This document shows, one piece after another, positions 20,587 through 30,572 of a DNA stretch of 64,000 bases (its first letter is position 1; each line of letters begins with the position of its first letter). Both the position numbers and the translations under genes were made by a program. This DNA is from an uncultured Parachlamydiaceae bacterium (GTDB lineage: Bacteria; Chlamydiota; Chlamydiia; Chlamydiales; Parachlamydiaceae). The notes beneath the pieces are model-generated. The model was not told where the DNA came from. It was given only the letters and a program-made list of their open reading frames with translations, and did no database searches. The DNA lies in assembly GCA_963752155.1 (NCBI GenBank), contig CAVVXH010000017.1, forward strand, positions 1 through 64,000, read 5' to 3'.

Positions 20587-21501
20587 TCACTTTGAATTTT
20601 TAGCTAAAAGATGGCGCAAGGCTCCTTCCAATTCAGGATAGAGAAATGTATAATCATTTTCCATCAGTTTCTGTGGTTTTGCACGAATACTGCTCAGTAA
20701 GAGTGAATCAACCATTTCTCCAAGAAAAAGTCGGGCTGCAAAAGTCGGAAACGGAAGAATGGTCGAACGGTTTAAGACTTTACCCAGAGTTTTAGTAAAT
20801 TGTTGATTAGTCACTGGCTCAGGTGAAACAAGATTGAATGCCCCACAACAGGTTTTATGTTGAATGATGAAAAATATGGCTCCTATAACATCTTCAATAG
20901 CAATCCAGCTCATGTACTGATTGCCGAAGCCAATTTTTCCTCCCAATCCAAGATAAAAGGGAAGAAGCATCGTTTTTAGAGTTCCTCCTAATGGGGATAA
21001 GACGATTCCTGTGCGAATAATTGCGCAACGTACATTCTTCTGAAGAGTAGGGTTCGTTAAGAGCGAAGCTTGTTCCCATTGTCGGCAGACGTCAGCTAGG
21101 AAATCTTTTCCCGGGGAGCTTTGTTCTGTGAGAACTTCGTCTCCTCTATTGCCATAATAGCCAACTGCAGAGGCATTTAGAAAAAGTTGTGGTGGAGAAT
21201 GAAGGACTGCAATCGTCTTAGCAAGTAATGAAGTCGTTTGAACGCGACTTTCAAGAATTTTGCGTTTTTTCTCTGGAGTCCATTTACCAAAGACATTTTC
21301 CCCAGACAAATTGATGATGACATCGAATCCCTCAATTTTGTGAGGGGCAAGTTCCTCATTTTCAGGATCCCAAAAAATGGACATGGGATCTGTTGCGGTT
21401 TTTGATCGTTCCAGTTTAACCACTTCAGAGTCAGCTGAGGTTAGAGCACCGCACAAAGCGGTGCCTATGAGCCCGGAAGATCCAGCAATAAGAATTTTCA
21501 T
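20587..21501 (-). CDS. TIGR01777-family (YfcH-like) NAD-dependent epimerase
   Basis: GSSGLIG, SAVGYYG, GLGG.IG.G.QYMSWI. Confidence 0.92.
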   Translation of the reverse strand: MKILIAGSSGLIGTALCGALTSADSEVVKLERSKTATDPMSIFWDPENEELAPHKIEGFDVIINLSGENVFGKWTPEKKRKILESRVQTTSLLAKTIAVLHSPPQLFLNASAVGYYGNRGDEVLTEQSSPGKDFLADVCRQWEQASLLTNPTLQKNVRCAIIRTGIVLSPLGGTLKTMLLPFYLGLGGKIGFGNQYMSWIAIEDVIGAIFFIIQHKTCCGAFNLVSPEPVTNQQFTKTLGKVLNRSTILPFPTFAARLFLGEMVDSLLLSSIRAKPQKLMENDYTFLYPELEGALRHLLAKNSK

Positions 21502-21534
21502 AGTCGTTCCAGTTGAAATTTCAAAAAAGTTCTC

Positions 21535-22200
21535 CTAAGGAATTTCCTTTCCTTTGAACGATTTTGCAGAAATCGCTAATGTTACCCAAATCCACCCCAG
21601 GATGATCATATCGATTCCTACAAATAAACCAATCACCCATAATCCGGAAACGGGCCATTCTGACCAGATCATTAATCCGAGGATAAGAGATACGATTCCA
21701 CTAAACAATAACCAACCCCATTGCGCGTAACGATGTGCAATTGCAGCGACAATTTTAAAGAGTCCTGAGACAGTATAGAAGACCGCTAATAGGAGAGTCA
21801 GTGTGATAGCTCCGATAGCTGGATTTAACAGCAACATAATTCCTACGACAATGTAAAGAAGGGATGTAAGTAAATTGACCAGAAATCCGCCCCCTCTATA
21901 GGTTCTTATAGCGTTAACTCCCTGGACCATCCCTCCAATAAACAATAAAGTTCCTAAAATCCACATGGTTGCAAGGGTGACAACTGGAGAAGCTGCGATA
22001 GCTATCGTCCCGAGTAAAATCAACAAAATTCCCACCCCTAGAAACCAACCCCACTGTTTTTGAACTTCTTTTAAACCACAATAACTTTGATATCGGAGGA
22101 ATCTATCCTGATCAACGATTGGATATTGATCCGAATTTTTTAGCAAATTTTCAGGATTTGCTTGAACACCTCTATCTTCATGTTGCTCTTGGTTATTCAT
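21535..22200 (-). CDS. HdeD family membrane protein
   Basis: WGWFL..G, WP.SGLWVIGLFVGID. Confidence 0.88.
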   Translation of the reverse strand: MNNQEQHEDRGVQANPENLLKNSDQYPIVDQDRFLRYQSYCGLKEVQKQWGWFLGVGILLILLGTIAIAASPVVTLATMWILGTLLFIGGMVQGVNAIRTYRGGGFLVNLLTSLLYIVVGIMLLLNPAIGAITLTLLLAVFYTVSGLFKIVAAIAHRYAQWGWLLFSGIVSLILGLMIWSEWPVSGLWVIGLFVGIDMIILGWIWVTLAISAKSFKGKEIP

Positions 22201-22317
22201 CTCTATTCCTAGGTTAAATTTTAACAACTCTTATAATTATTTTTATATAACCAGAAAACTATTCAACAGCAAGATATTTATGTTCCAAGAAAAAAACTAG
22301 AGATGTAAAATGATTAT

Positions 22318-23019
22318 ATGAAAGAAACTTTTAATATTGCGAGCAAGGTAGGCGAGATTGAGGCAAAGATCGGGTATCGATTTGCCGACAAAAAATTATT
22401 GACCTTAGCTTTTACACATCGTTCATACATTAACGAAAGTCGAACAGCTTTACACCATAATGAAAGACTTGAGTTCTTAGGCGATTCGATATTGGGCTTA
22501 ATGGTATCGGAATATTTATATTGTACTCTGCCGGATCTGCCTGAGGGAGAGCTCTCTGCTTTGCGTGCAAAGCTAGTTGAAGCAGTCTCTTGCATCTCCT
22601 ATATCCAAAAATTAGATTTGGAGAAATATCTATTATTGGGTAGGGGGGAGCGCATGAACGATGGTCGAGGCCGCGAAAGTATCCTCTCGGATCTTTTTGA
22701 AGCGATCATTGGGGCAATCTTTCTAGATGGGGGATTTGGTGCAGCGCAAAAGTTTTTTTTTGGCCATTTTAATGAAGAAATTGACAGTATTATACAAGCT
22801 CCTTTAAGAAATCCTAAGGCAGTGCTGCAGGATTTTTGTCAAAAGAATTTTCAAAAGACTCCTCATTATAAAGTTTTAGAAGAAACAGGCCCCGACCACA
22901 GTAAAATTTTTAAAATCGTTGTGGTTTTGCATGAGAAAGAATTGGCTTACGGGGAAGGACCTTCCAAGAAAGAAGCCCAACAGGCTGCAGCCAAAAATGC
23001 GTTAGCGTTACTTATTTAA
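22318..23019 (+). CDS. rnc: Ribonuclease III
   Basis: NERLEFLGDSIL plus dsRBD GPDH...G.GPSKKEAQQ. Confidence 0.97.
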   Translation: MKETFNIASKVGEIEAKIGYRFADKKLLTLAFTHRSYINESRTALHHNERLEFLGDSILGLMVSEYLYCTLPDLPEGELSALRAKLVEAVSCISYIQKLDLEKYLLLGRGERMNDGRGRESILSDLFEAIIGAIFLDGGFGAAQKFFFGHFNEEIDSIIQAPLRNPKAVLQDFCQKNFQKTPHYKVLEETGPDHSKIFKIVVVLHEKELAYGEGPSKKEAQQAAAKNALALLI

Positions 23020-23667
23020 ATTGGGATTTAAACGTCTTAAAAAGGCTGTAAACGAAAAAATCGAGATGAGTTTAATAGCAAAACTGACCATTATCACGTC
23101 AAAAAGTGCAGCAGCAATTCCGTAAAGTCCAAAGTAGCTAAATAAGACCGTATCTAGAAATTGGGACACGATCAATGAGTAGGTCGTCCGCACAGCAAAA
23201 CTTGTTTTTGGCAATTTTCTTTTTAAGAATGCAAAAAAAACAATATCGAATTGTTGCACCAGAAAAAAAGTCAAAATGGAAGCTGTAAATAAACGAGGCG
23301 AAGGAGTCAATAGAGTCTCAAAAGCGCTTTGAGATGTATCAAATTGATTTGGTACATAGAGTAAGTGTAGCTGAGAAACAATTGCAAAAAACAAGAGGAA
23401 AAGAAAGCAAGTCCATGTGGCTTTCTTAGCTTCTTCTTGGTCAAAATATTCCTGAAGCAAATTGAGTCCGACAAGAGTTCCAATCACAAACGTATCGCTT
23501 GCAGTGACCTCAAATCCAAAAAGATGAATTTGTTTCAAGACAAAAAGGTTAGCGATTAAAGCTTGCATTGTCACCCAAGCTGTAACTGCCGCGCTTCCAA
23601 ACCGGAGAGCTATTAAAGCAAACCCAATAACACAGATCGCTTGGAAAAAAAACAAGATTTCATTCAC
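23008..23667 (-). CDS. Queuosine-precursor transporter (YhhQ/Vut_1 family)
   Basis: ANLFVLKQI, LLQEYF, SQFLDTVLF. Confidence 0.85.
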   Translation of the reverse strand: MNEILFFFQAICVIGFALIALRFGSAAVTAWVTMQALIANLFVLKQIHLFGFEVTASDTFVIGTLVGLNLLQEYFDQEEAKKATWTCFLFLLFFAIVSQLHLLYVPNQFDTSQSAFETLLTPSPRLFTASILTFFLVQQFDIVFFAFLKRKLPKTSFAVRTTYSLIVSQFLDTVLFSYFGLYGIAAALFDVIMVSFAIKLISIFSFTAFLRRLNPNLNK

Positions 23668-23680
23668 TTCAAAAAATATC

Positions 23681-24784
23681 CTAAAAGTTTAAACGTAAAA
23701 AAAGGTTCTCAAGGCATAGAGACAAGTTGATAGAACGAGCCAATGCCAATTTGGAGGTTTTAATCGTTTCTTGAAGTTCCTCAAGGGATAAAAACTCGTT
23801 TCCCTTATTTCTCGCGACTTCATTACGCAATTCAATTAAAAAATCCCTGTTGAACACATATTTCTCATCACCCCCAACAGAAAGCAAATGCAAATCACGA
23901 TACCATGTGAGTAAACTTTCAAATAATACCTCCACTTCATGCATCGATTGCAATGCGGCAATCCCCTCAAGCTCCTTTTCAACACTCTCACGTTGAGTTG
24001 TTGAAAGCTTATCGCAAAAACCCTTGAGGAGTTCTTGTTTGGACGACTCTTCCACACGTTTAGTAGAGGCATCGACAAGTTCGACAATTTCTTTTATTTT
24101 TGCCGTTAGATGAGTGTAGTGACTGAACTTACCTGCTGCAAGCATTTGCAAAATCACATGACGCAGCGACTCTTGTTCTCCTTCGCACAGCCGCAAAGCT
24201 TTTTTTACAGAACCTTGCGAGAGAGCAGCAACTTGCGTAGCCTTTTCAATAGAAAGATGGTGCCGCTTGGTGAGCAATGCAATCATTTCAGTATCACTCA
24301 AAGGGTGAAATTGAAAAGTGCTGCAGCGCGATAGAATCGTGGGCAAAAGTAAATCGGGAGCACTACTTAGCAGTATAATGACAGTATCTGGCGAAGGCTC
24401 TTCAAATGTTTTCAGCAGGGCATTAGCGCTATAAGTTAACATTCTATCGGCATTTCGGATGATGAAAACTTTACGTTTGGCCTCATGGGGGGGTAAATAC
24501 ACTTCTTCGCTTAAAGCGCGCATTGCACTGATGCTGTGCATTCCAATCTTGCCTTCTGGGGAATACACGTGAACATCAGGATGAGTTCCGGCATTTAATT
24601 TATGCAAATGACTTCCTTCAGGACTCTCCTGCGATAGAAGCAATTTGGCAAACGCCTCTGCAAAAAGGCTCTTACCTATCCCCTGTGGTCCTGCAAAGAG
24701 TATGGAGTTAGGCACTTCTCCTCTAGTGACGATGCGGGTAAGAAAGTTCTTGATGTGTTCATTGCCGACGATAGAATCAAACAT
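23681..24784 (-). CDS. holB: DNA polymerase III delta-prime subunit
   Basis: GPQGIGKS, HPDV, ANALLKTFEEP, LLPTILSRC. Confidence 0.92.
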   Translation of the reverse strand: MFDSIVGNEHIKNFLTRIVTRGEVPNSILFAGPQGIGKSLFAEAFAKLLLSQESPEGSHLHKLNAGTHPDVHVYSPEGKIGMHSISAMRALSEEVYLPPHEAKRKVFIIRNADRMLTYSANALLKTFEEPSPDTVIILLSSAPDLLLPTILSRCSTFQFHPLSDTEMIALLTKRHHLSIEKATQVAALSQGSVKKALRLCEGEQESLRHVILQMLAAGKFSHYTHLTAKIKEIVELVDASTKRVEESSKQELLKGFCDKLSTTQRESVEKELEGIAALQSMHEVEVLFESLLTWYRDLHLLSVGGDEKYVFNRDFLIELRNEVARNKGNEFLSLEELQETIKTSKLALARSINLSLCLENLFLRLNF

Positions 24785-24808
24785 GTATTATAAATCTCAA
24801 CTCATTCT

Positions 24809-25726
24809 TTACTTTTCTTCCGATATAACTTCTTGAGCTATCTCTGCAACAACCTCTAAACTTAATCCTGTAATTCGAGAGACACTCTCCAACGCAACCT
24901 GTTCAATAATTAAAGCCTTGGCGACCTCATGAGCTTTATTATCTGCTCCTTCCACCTTGCCTTTTTCTAGACCTGCAGAAAACCCTTTGGTTTCGTATTT
25001 TTTAAGAGTATTGGTTTTAGCCATAAGCCATTTGAGATGTGTTTCATAAACACCCCTTTCCTCTTCGTCAAAATCCATTTTATCTAGTACGTTTAAAGCC
25101 TTTTTAAGAGCAGGAGTGTTCAATGGCGTAGGAAGTTGATCTTTATCTAGTAAATCATATCGATTAAAAAAAGCGACCCATATATCTAGCGGATTTTTAA
25201 TTCTGGAGACAAGGTCATCCAGTTTTTCTTCATTATTCTCGGAAAATTTCTTGAGTTCAATTGTGTGGAGTTCCAGATCATCAAAGAGCTGCTTCCCTGT
25301 GGTATTTTCTTCGATGCGAAAAGCATTATGATATTGACTACTGTCTAGAATCGAAGTGAAATTGAGAATATGAATCCCAATAGATTTCGAGAGAGAGGAA
25401 TAATCCCATGAATTTTCTAGCTGTTCAATATAGAATTTAGCCCAGAAATAAAGCATTTTTTTATCGGAGTCCACATCATCATTAATCTGTATTTCGATGG
25501 TAAATTTATTGTCATTCACTCCTATAGCGCTAATATTTATGATCGAGAGCATCTCTTTATCAAAATTTTTCGGATCATAAGGATTCAAGAGAGCGACCTC
25601 TTTCACTTGATCCTCTTTTTCTACTATCGAATTAATAAGAGAGATCAATAAATCCTTATTTTCTTCAACACCGAAAATTTTCTTAAACGCAATGCTTACT
25701 CTAGGGTCAATTTTTGTCATGATCAT
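24809..25726 (-). CDS. Rpn family recombination-promoting nuclease (PD-(D/E)XK)
   Basis: AFKKIFG, IEIQ, IHILNF, ELHTIEL.KF, C-terminal G..EG...A / RITGLS. Confidence 0.88.
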   Translation of the reverse strand: MIMTKIDPRVSIAFKKIFGVEENKDLLISLINSIVEKEDQVKEVALLNPYDPKNFDKEMLSIINISAIGVNDNKFTIEIQINDDVDSDKKMLYFWAKFYIEQLENSWDYSSLSKSIGIHILNFTSILDSSQYHNAFRIEENTTGKQLFDDLELHTIELKKFSENNEEKLDDLVSRIKNPLDIWVAFFNRYDLLDKDQLPTPLNTPALKKALNVLDKMDFDEEERGVYETHLKWLMAKTNTLKKYETKGFSAGLEKGKVEGADNKAHEVAKALIIEQVALESVSRITGLSLEVVAEIAQEVISEEK

Positions 25727-25899
25727 CCATGAATAAATTGTTGATATAAGAAGGAACCAGATTAATTGTACCTTATCAGGATGGTCGTTTCAATCACTTA
25801 TTTTGTAGACGTAATAGGAAAAAATTCTTAGTATTCCGCATCACAGGTTCAGGGGTTACAAAATCATTTACATAACGGCTCAATTCTATTAACATGTTG

Positions 25900-26128
25900 G
25901 AATCTGGCGCTATTTCAAGGTGACTTACTAAAAATTTTTTGGAGTGCGTGTGGCTCTGCCACCGCGCGAGAAGTGGCTTTAAAGATTACTGGTAGCTCAA
26001 TTTATTCTGATGTAGAAACTTATTAACTATCCAAATGGACTTTTCGCAATAGACCTCTCGCGTGGTGGCAGAGCCACACGCACTCCAAAAAATTTTTAGT
26101 AGTTCAACTTGAAATAGCGCCAGATTTA
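25900..26128. repeat. Repeat family I: ~75-bp inverted arms (MITE-like)
   Basis: aatctggcgctatttcaag...gtggctctgccacc and its reverse complement; related at 20229-20275 and 27270-27312. Confidence 0.85.
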
Positions 26129-26148
26129 ACATTAACCTAGAGGAATCA

Positions 26149-26559
26149 ATGGTGGATAGTACAAGTGTTCCAGAATTAATCAAGAATGCGACTGTAACGG
26201 AACATCTAGCCAATGAAAGAACATTTCTAGCTTGGATAAGAACAGGAGTCGGAATAATGGCATTTGGTTTTGTCATTGAGAAATTTGCTTTATTTATTAA
26301 ACGCCTCTCCCTCCTCTTTGAAGAATCAAATCTCGATCAATCTACTCCTCTCGAAGGATATTCAACAATGAGCGGAGTGCTTTTTATAAGCCTTGGGGCG
26401 GTGATTTGTTTACTCGCATTTGCTCAATACCTAAAAACTAGAAGACAAATCTTTGAAAATTGCTATCGTCCCTCAATTTTATTGAATTGTATTCTTACAA
26501 TGTTTATTTTATTGATGGGGATCTTCATGATTGTTTATCTAAATACAAATGCATATTAG
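26149..26559 (+). CDS. DUF202 (YidH-like) membrane protein
   Basis: HLANERTFLAWIRT. Confidence 0.92.
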   Translation: MVDSTSVPELIKNATVTEHLANERTFLAWIRTGVGIMAFGFVIEKFALFIKRLSLLFEESNLDQSTPLEGYSTMSGVLFISLGAVICLLAFAQYLKTRRQIFENCYRPSILLNCILTMFILLMGIFMIVYLNTNAY

Positions 26560-26982
26560 ATGTTAAAGCTTAAAATAATTTCAATAGGTAAAACAAAAGA
26601 AGAATGGCTCGATAAGGCTTTAGAAGAATATATTAAACGTCTGAAATCGACTGTTTCAATAGAGTTTTGTCTGGTGAAGACAGACGAGCAGCTACTAACT
26701 ATGGCAGAAAAAGAACAAACATTTATTTGTTTAGATCCTAAAGGAATAAAATTAACAAGCGAACAATTTGCTACTTATCTACAGAATAAATTTGTTGAAG
26801 GAGGAGCAAGACTTGCCATAGTTATTGGCGGATCGGAAGGACTCCCTTCAAAATTAAGACAGCATCAAAATTTGATCAGTTTTTCCGATCTTACGATTAC
26901 GCATCAGTTAATTCGGCTTTTGTTGCTGGAGCAAATTTATAGAGCTTTTGAAATCCTCAAAGGCACCAAATATCATAAGTAA
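26560..26982 (+). CDS. rlmH: 23S rRNA m3-pseudouridine methyltransferase
   Basis: IGGSEG, HQLIRLLLLEQIYRA...YHK. Confidence 0.95.
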   Translation: MLKLKIISIGKTKEEWLDKALEEYIKRLKSTVSIEFCLVKTDEQLLTMAEKEQTFICLDPKGIKLTSEQFATYLQNKFVEGGARLAIVIGGSEGLPSKLRQHQNLISFSDLTITHQLIRLLLLEQIYRAFEILKGTKYHK

Positions 26983-27061
26983 ATTAAATTTTTATTATAT
27001 CTTATTATTAAGAAAGCTAGTAAAATAAGGGTACGGGGGAACTGAAAAAAAGGAGGTCATT

Positions 27062-27265
27062 ATGTTAGAATGGGCAATTATATTTTTAATTATTGCACTT
27101 GTTGCTGGAGTGCTAGGATTACCAGGTGTAGCTGTTATTTCTGCAGAGATCTCTAAGATTTTATTTGTTATATTTCTGATTCTTTTCTTGGTAGGTCTAA
27201 TTTTTGGACTAGGAATTTTTGGAGGTGGCACCGCGCCTGTAGCCCCTGTTCATCCGCCGGTATAG
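27062..27265 (+). CDS. DUF1328/UPF0391 small membrane protein
   Basis: [19 protein letters not shown]; strong RBS aggagg. Confidence 0.9.
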   Translation: MLEWAIIFLIIALVAGVLGLPGVAVISAEISKILFVIFLILFLVGLIFGLGIFGGGTAPVAPVHPPV

Positions 27266-27416
27266 TTGGAATTTGGCGCTATTTCAAGTTGGCTTGAATA
27301 GCGCCAGATTTAAAAATTGGTCTGATTTCATATGCTCTACTCAAAATTAGGAGTTTATGTTATAGAATTAGATGAAAATAACGGAGTTTTCAATGGACGA
27401 ATCCCCTTTTTACGGT

Positions 27417-28523
27417 CTAAAGCTCTTCACAAAACTTAATGATATTGCTTATGTCTTTACTAAAGGACTGCTGACGTTTCCCAATTTCATGCTTCAAATT
27501 ATATTCAGCAAGTTGGTTCGCCAACATATCTGTAGGTATCTTCTCCTGTTTCGATCGAGCAAATAGATCGAGCAAAATCGAATAGATTTTATTGACTTTC
27601 TCCCGTGCAATGTTAGGATCATATCCCGTCGGGCTAAGCTCCACACTGACATTAATCAATCCCCCTGCATTAATAATGTAATCGGGTGCATAGTAGATTC
27701 CACGGTCTAAGAGAAGTTCTCCACATGAAGCATCTGAAAGTTGATTGTTGGCTCCTCCAACAATAGCTTTACAGTTTAGTTTGGAAATAATGTCTGGCGT
27801 AATTATGCCACCTAGGGCACATGGAGATAGAAAATCACACTCCACTGTACAGTACTGATCAGTCGGAATGGTCTTTGCCCCATATAATGTGGACAATTCA
27901 TGTAATCTTTCTTGATTGAGTTCGGATAATACTAATTTTGCTCCAGACCAAAAAAGGATTTCAGCTAATTTTCCTCCCACATTCCCTAAGCCTTGGATGG
28001 CGATCACTTTGCCTTCGAGGGAAGGATCTCCCCAAATGCTTTTTGCTGTTGCTTGCATCCCTTTAAAGATCCCCCACGCTGTAAAACGGCTCGGATCTCC
28101 GCTGCTTTGATCATTTTTTCGAGCAACGACGTAAGGAGTTGAACGATGAATGATCTCCATATCTTTTGTAGAAGAACCTAAGTCTTCAGCAACAATGTAA
28201 GCCCCTTGTAAGTAGTCTATCACCTTTCCAAAAGCAAGCAAAAGATCTTCACTTTTATGATTTGAATCTGCAATGATGACGCTTTTTCCTCCTCCTAAGC
28301 CTGTGCCGGCTATAGCAGATTTGTATGTCATTGCTTTAGCAAGCCTGAGAGCATCATTCAACGCTTCTTCTTTAGAGGCATAAGGCTTAATTCGAACTCC
28401 TCCCAGTGAAGGGCCTAGAGTTGTACTGTGAACAGCAATGATGCAATGTAAATTGACTTCGGGATCAGTTGCTTCAATAACCTTTTTATATCCATTGATG
28501 TTGAGTTCTTTGATGTGCAGCAT
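27417..28523 (-). CDS. Glu/Leu/Phe/Val dehydrogenase (leucine dehydrogenase-like)
   Basis: LGPSLGG.R, MTYKSA, GGGKSVI, QGLGNVG, GGANNQL. Confidence 0.92.
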   Translation of the reverse strand: MLHIKELNINGYKKVIEATDPEVNLHCIIAVHSTTLGPSLGGVRIKPYASKEEALNDALRLAKAMTYKSAIAGTGLGGGKSVIIADSNHKSEDLLLAFGKVIDYLQGAYIVAEDLGSSTKDMEIIHRSTPYVVARKNDQSSGDPSRFTAWGIFKGMQATAKSIWGDPSLEGKVIAIQGLGNVGGKLAEILFWSGAKLVLSELNQERLHELSTLYGAKTIPTDQYCTVECDFLSPCALGGIITPDIISKLNCKAIVGGANNQLSDASCGELLLDRGIYYAPDYIINAGGLINVSVELSPTGYDPNIAREKVNKIYSILLDLFARSKQEKIPTDMLANQLAEYNLKHEIGKRQQSFSKDISNIIKFCEEL

Positions 28524-28685
28524 AGTGTGCTCCTTAAAAAATGTATTGAGGATTGCAAAATTCAAAATCTATTTTTTTTTGAGTGATGTAAAGCCTCTTG
28601 TTTTTTAATCTAATATTTGGCATCATAGACTTTAATAGTCCGTATAGGAAGTCAATATTTTCAAAAGATGCACTTTGAGGCAAAA

Positions 28686-29408
28686 ATGACAAAACTTGTC
28701 ATCACAGACGAATTGAAATCAGCTTTAGAGAGTTATTTAAAAAAAAATAGCTCTAGCGGATTGCTTAACGCTTATCTCTTTTTTGTTGAAACCAAATATA
28801 ACATTCAACCGGTGTTATTCCCTAAAGAAAAAAAAATCTACCAAAGTGCAGAAGAGATAATTAATCTTTTAGAGAAAGATCATAAAATTTGGCATGAGGC
28901 TGAGATAAAAATTGGCTTTAGCAATTTGAATGTCAACGCTCAAAGTAAAAAAATATACATTTGCCCTTTTACAGGGAAAGTTTTTGCGGACAATACCCAT
29001 CCAAATCCTCAAGACGCCATTTACGATTGGGTTTCAAAATGTCCTGAAAACACAGAAAGAGAAGGGGGATTGCGTGTTAAGCGCTTTTTTATTTCTGAAG
29101 ATCCTGAAGTGATCATGAGCTATGTTTCCAAAGTTAAACACAAAGAACCAATCACCAAAAAAGTGTTCTCTTCTGTGCTTAGTGGCAAACTTTTCAGTTC
29201 AAAAGAGAGCGTGATTAAAGACTTTAAAACGAATTATCTTCATCCTATGTCTCTCGCTGAGGTGCAGAATCAAAATAAATATCAGATCGAAGAGGGGCTA
29301 TTAGTTTTTATTCAAAACCATCTGAATCAAGAAAAAGTAGAATCTTTTGTCGAAGCTCTCTTGAAGATCGATGAGTTTGTACCTTATGTAGACAAGTGGT
29401 TGGAATAA
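28686..29408 (+). CDS. Conserved chlamydial protein (DUF2709-like)
   Basis: IYICPFTGKVFADN.HPNPQDAIYDWVS.CPEN; lies upstream of tsaE. Confidence 0.75.
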   Translation: MTKLVITDELKSALESYLKKNSSSGLLNAYLFFVETKYNIQPVLFPKEKKIYQSAEEIINLLEKDHKIWHEAEIKIGFSNLNVNAQSKKIYICPFTGKVFADNTHPNPQDAIYDWVSKCPENTEREGGLRVKRFFISEDPEVIMSYVSKVKHKEPITKKVFSSVLSGKLFSSKESVIKDFKTNYLHPMSLAEVQNQNKYQIEEGLLVFIQNHLNQEKVESFVEALLKIDEFVPYVDKWLE

Positions 29409-29854
29409 ATTTAAACGTTGAAGACACAGAACTTCCCCTTCGGTACATCACGTATTCTAACGATGAAACCCGCGCCATCGGTCGCCAATTAGGCAAAGAC
29501 TTAAAAGAAAATAAGGTCATTTGTTTTTTTGGGGATCTTGGCGCAGGGAAAACCACTTTTATCAAAGGTCTTGTTTTTGGAGTAAACGGGTTTCATGAAG
29601 ATGAGGTGATGAGCCCTACATATACCTACCTTAATGTTTATCCAGGCGTTATCCCTGTGTATCACTTTGATTTGTATCGCCTCGAGCATGTGGATGATTT
29701 CCTTCAGATGGGATTCGAGGATTTTTTTTGCGCTGGGGGAATTTGTTGCATCGAATGGTCTGAGAGAATTAGTGAATTAGTCCCCTCAGATGCAATTCGC
29801 ATTTATCTGAAGTATTTGGATCATGAAAAAAGAGAAATTGAACTATTTATATAA
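29396..29854 (+). CDS. tsaE: tRNA t6A biosynthesis ATPase
   Basis: GDLGAGKTTF, SPTY, YHFDLYRL, IEW. Confidence 0.95.
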   Translation: MVGINLNVEDTELPLRYITYSNDETRAIGRQLGKDLKENKVICFFGDLGAGKTTFIKGLVFGVNGFHEDEVMSPTYTYLNVYPGVIPVYHFDLYRLEHVDDFLQMGFEDFFCAGGICCIEWSERISELVPSDAIRIYLKYLDHEKREIELFI

Positions 29855-29870
29855 GAGGCAATTGGACTAA

Positions 29871-30491
29871 ATGAAACAATCCGCCTTCAAGAATGCCAAA
29901 TTTGTGACGACGGCAATGCATGCAAAAGATTATCCTATCTTGAAAAAACCTTCCGGCGAGCTTATGGATGAGATTGTTGTTGCCGGCAGATCGAATGTAG
30001 GAAAATCAAGCTTATTAAATCATCTATTTCACTCAAAGAATTTAGTCAAGACCTCTTCCACCCCAGGAAAGACTCAAGCCATTAATTTTTTTGTTGTCGA
30101 TGAAGAGATTTCATTTGCTGATCTTCCAGGTTACGGATACGCAGAAGTCCCCATGACAGTACGTAAGAAGTGGGGGCCCATGGTGCAAGAGTATTTACAG
30201 AATCGAAGTCAATTGCAGCTGATTTTATTCCTGTTTGATATTCGCCGGTTACCGAATGAAGAGGATCGAGAATTCCTAGAATGGACAGCTCTTCATGAAA
30301 AAGCTGTTATCTTGGTTCTCACAAAAGTAGATAAGGTTTCAACTAATGAAAAAGCTGCAAATACTAAAAAAATTTTACAAGGCTTTGATGCTGAAAATTT
30401 GCATTATGTTCACTATTCCGTGGTAAAAAATCAAGGAAATCGAGAACTTATGCAAATGCTACGGGACGCATTAGGGACTGTTCAACAATAA
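29871..30491 (+). CDS. engB: Ribosome biogenesis GTPase YihA/EngB
   Basis: GRSNVGKSSL, TPGKT, DLPGYGYA, TKVDK. Confidence 0.95.
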   Translation: MKQSAFKNAKFVTTAMHAKDYPILKKPSGELMDEIVVAGRSNVGKSSLLNHLFHSKNLVKTSSTPGKTQAINFFVVDEEISFADLPGYGYAEVPMTVRKKWGPMVQEYLQNRSQLQLILFLFDIRRLPNEEDREFLEWTALHEKAVILVLTKVDKVSTNEKAANTKKILQGFDAENLHYVHYSVVKNQGNRELMQMLRDALGTVQQ

Positions 30492-30548
30492 CTTGCACGA
30501 TTGGGCTTTGGCGCAGCCCAATCATGCAAGTTATTATTGAACAGTCCC
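30474..30548. mobile_element. 75-bp MITE (family B) inserted in the 3' end of engB
   Basis: Same length and arms as 11978-12052; TTA duplicated at 30471-30473 and 30549-30551. Confidence 0.85.
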
Positions 30549-30572
30549 TTAGAAGAGCAATAAAGGAAACAT

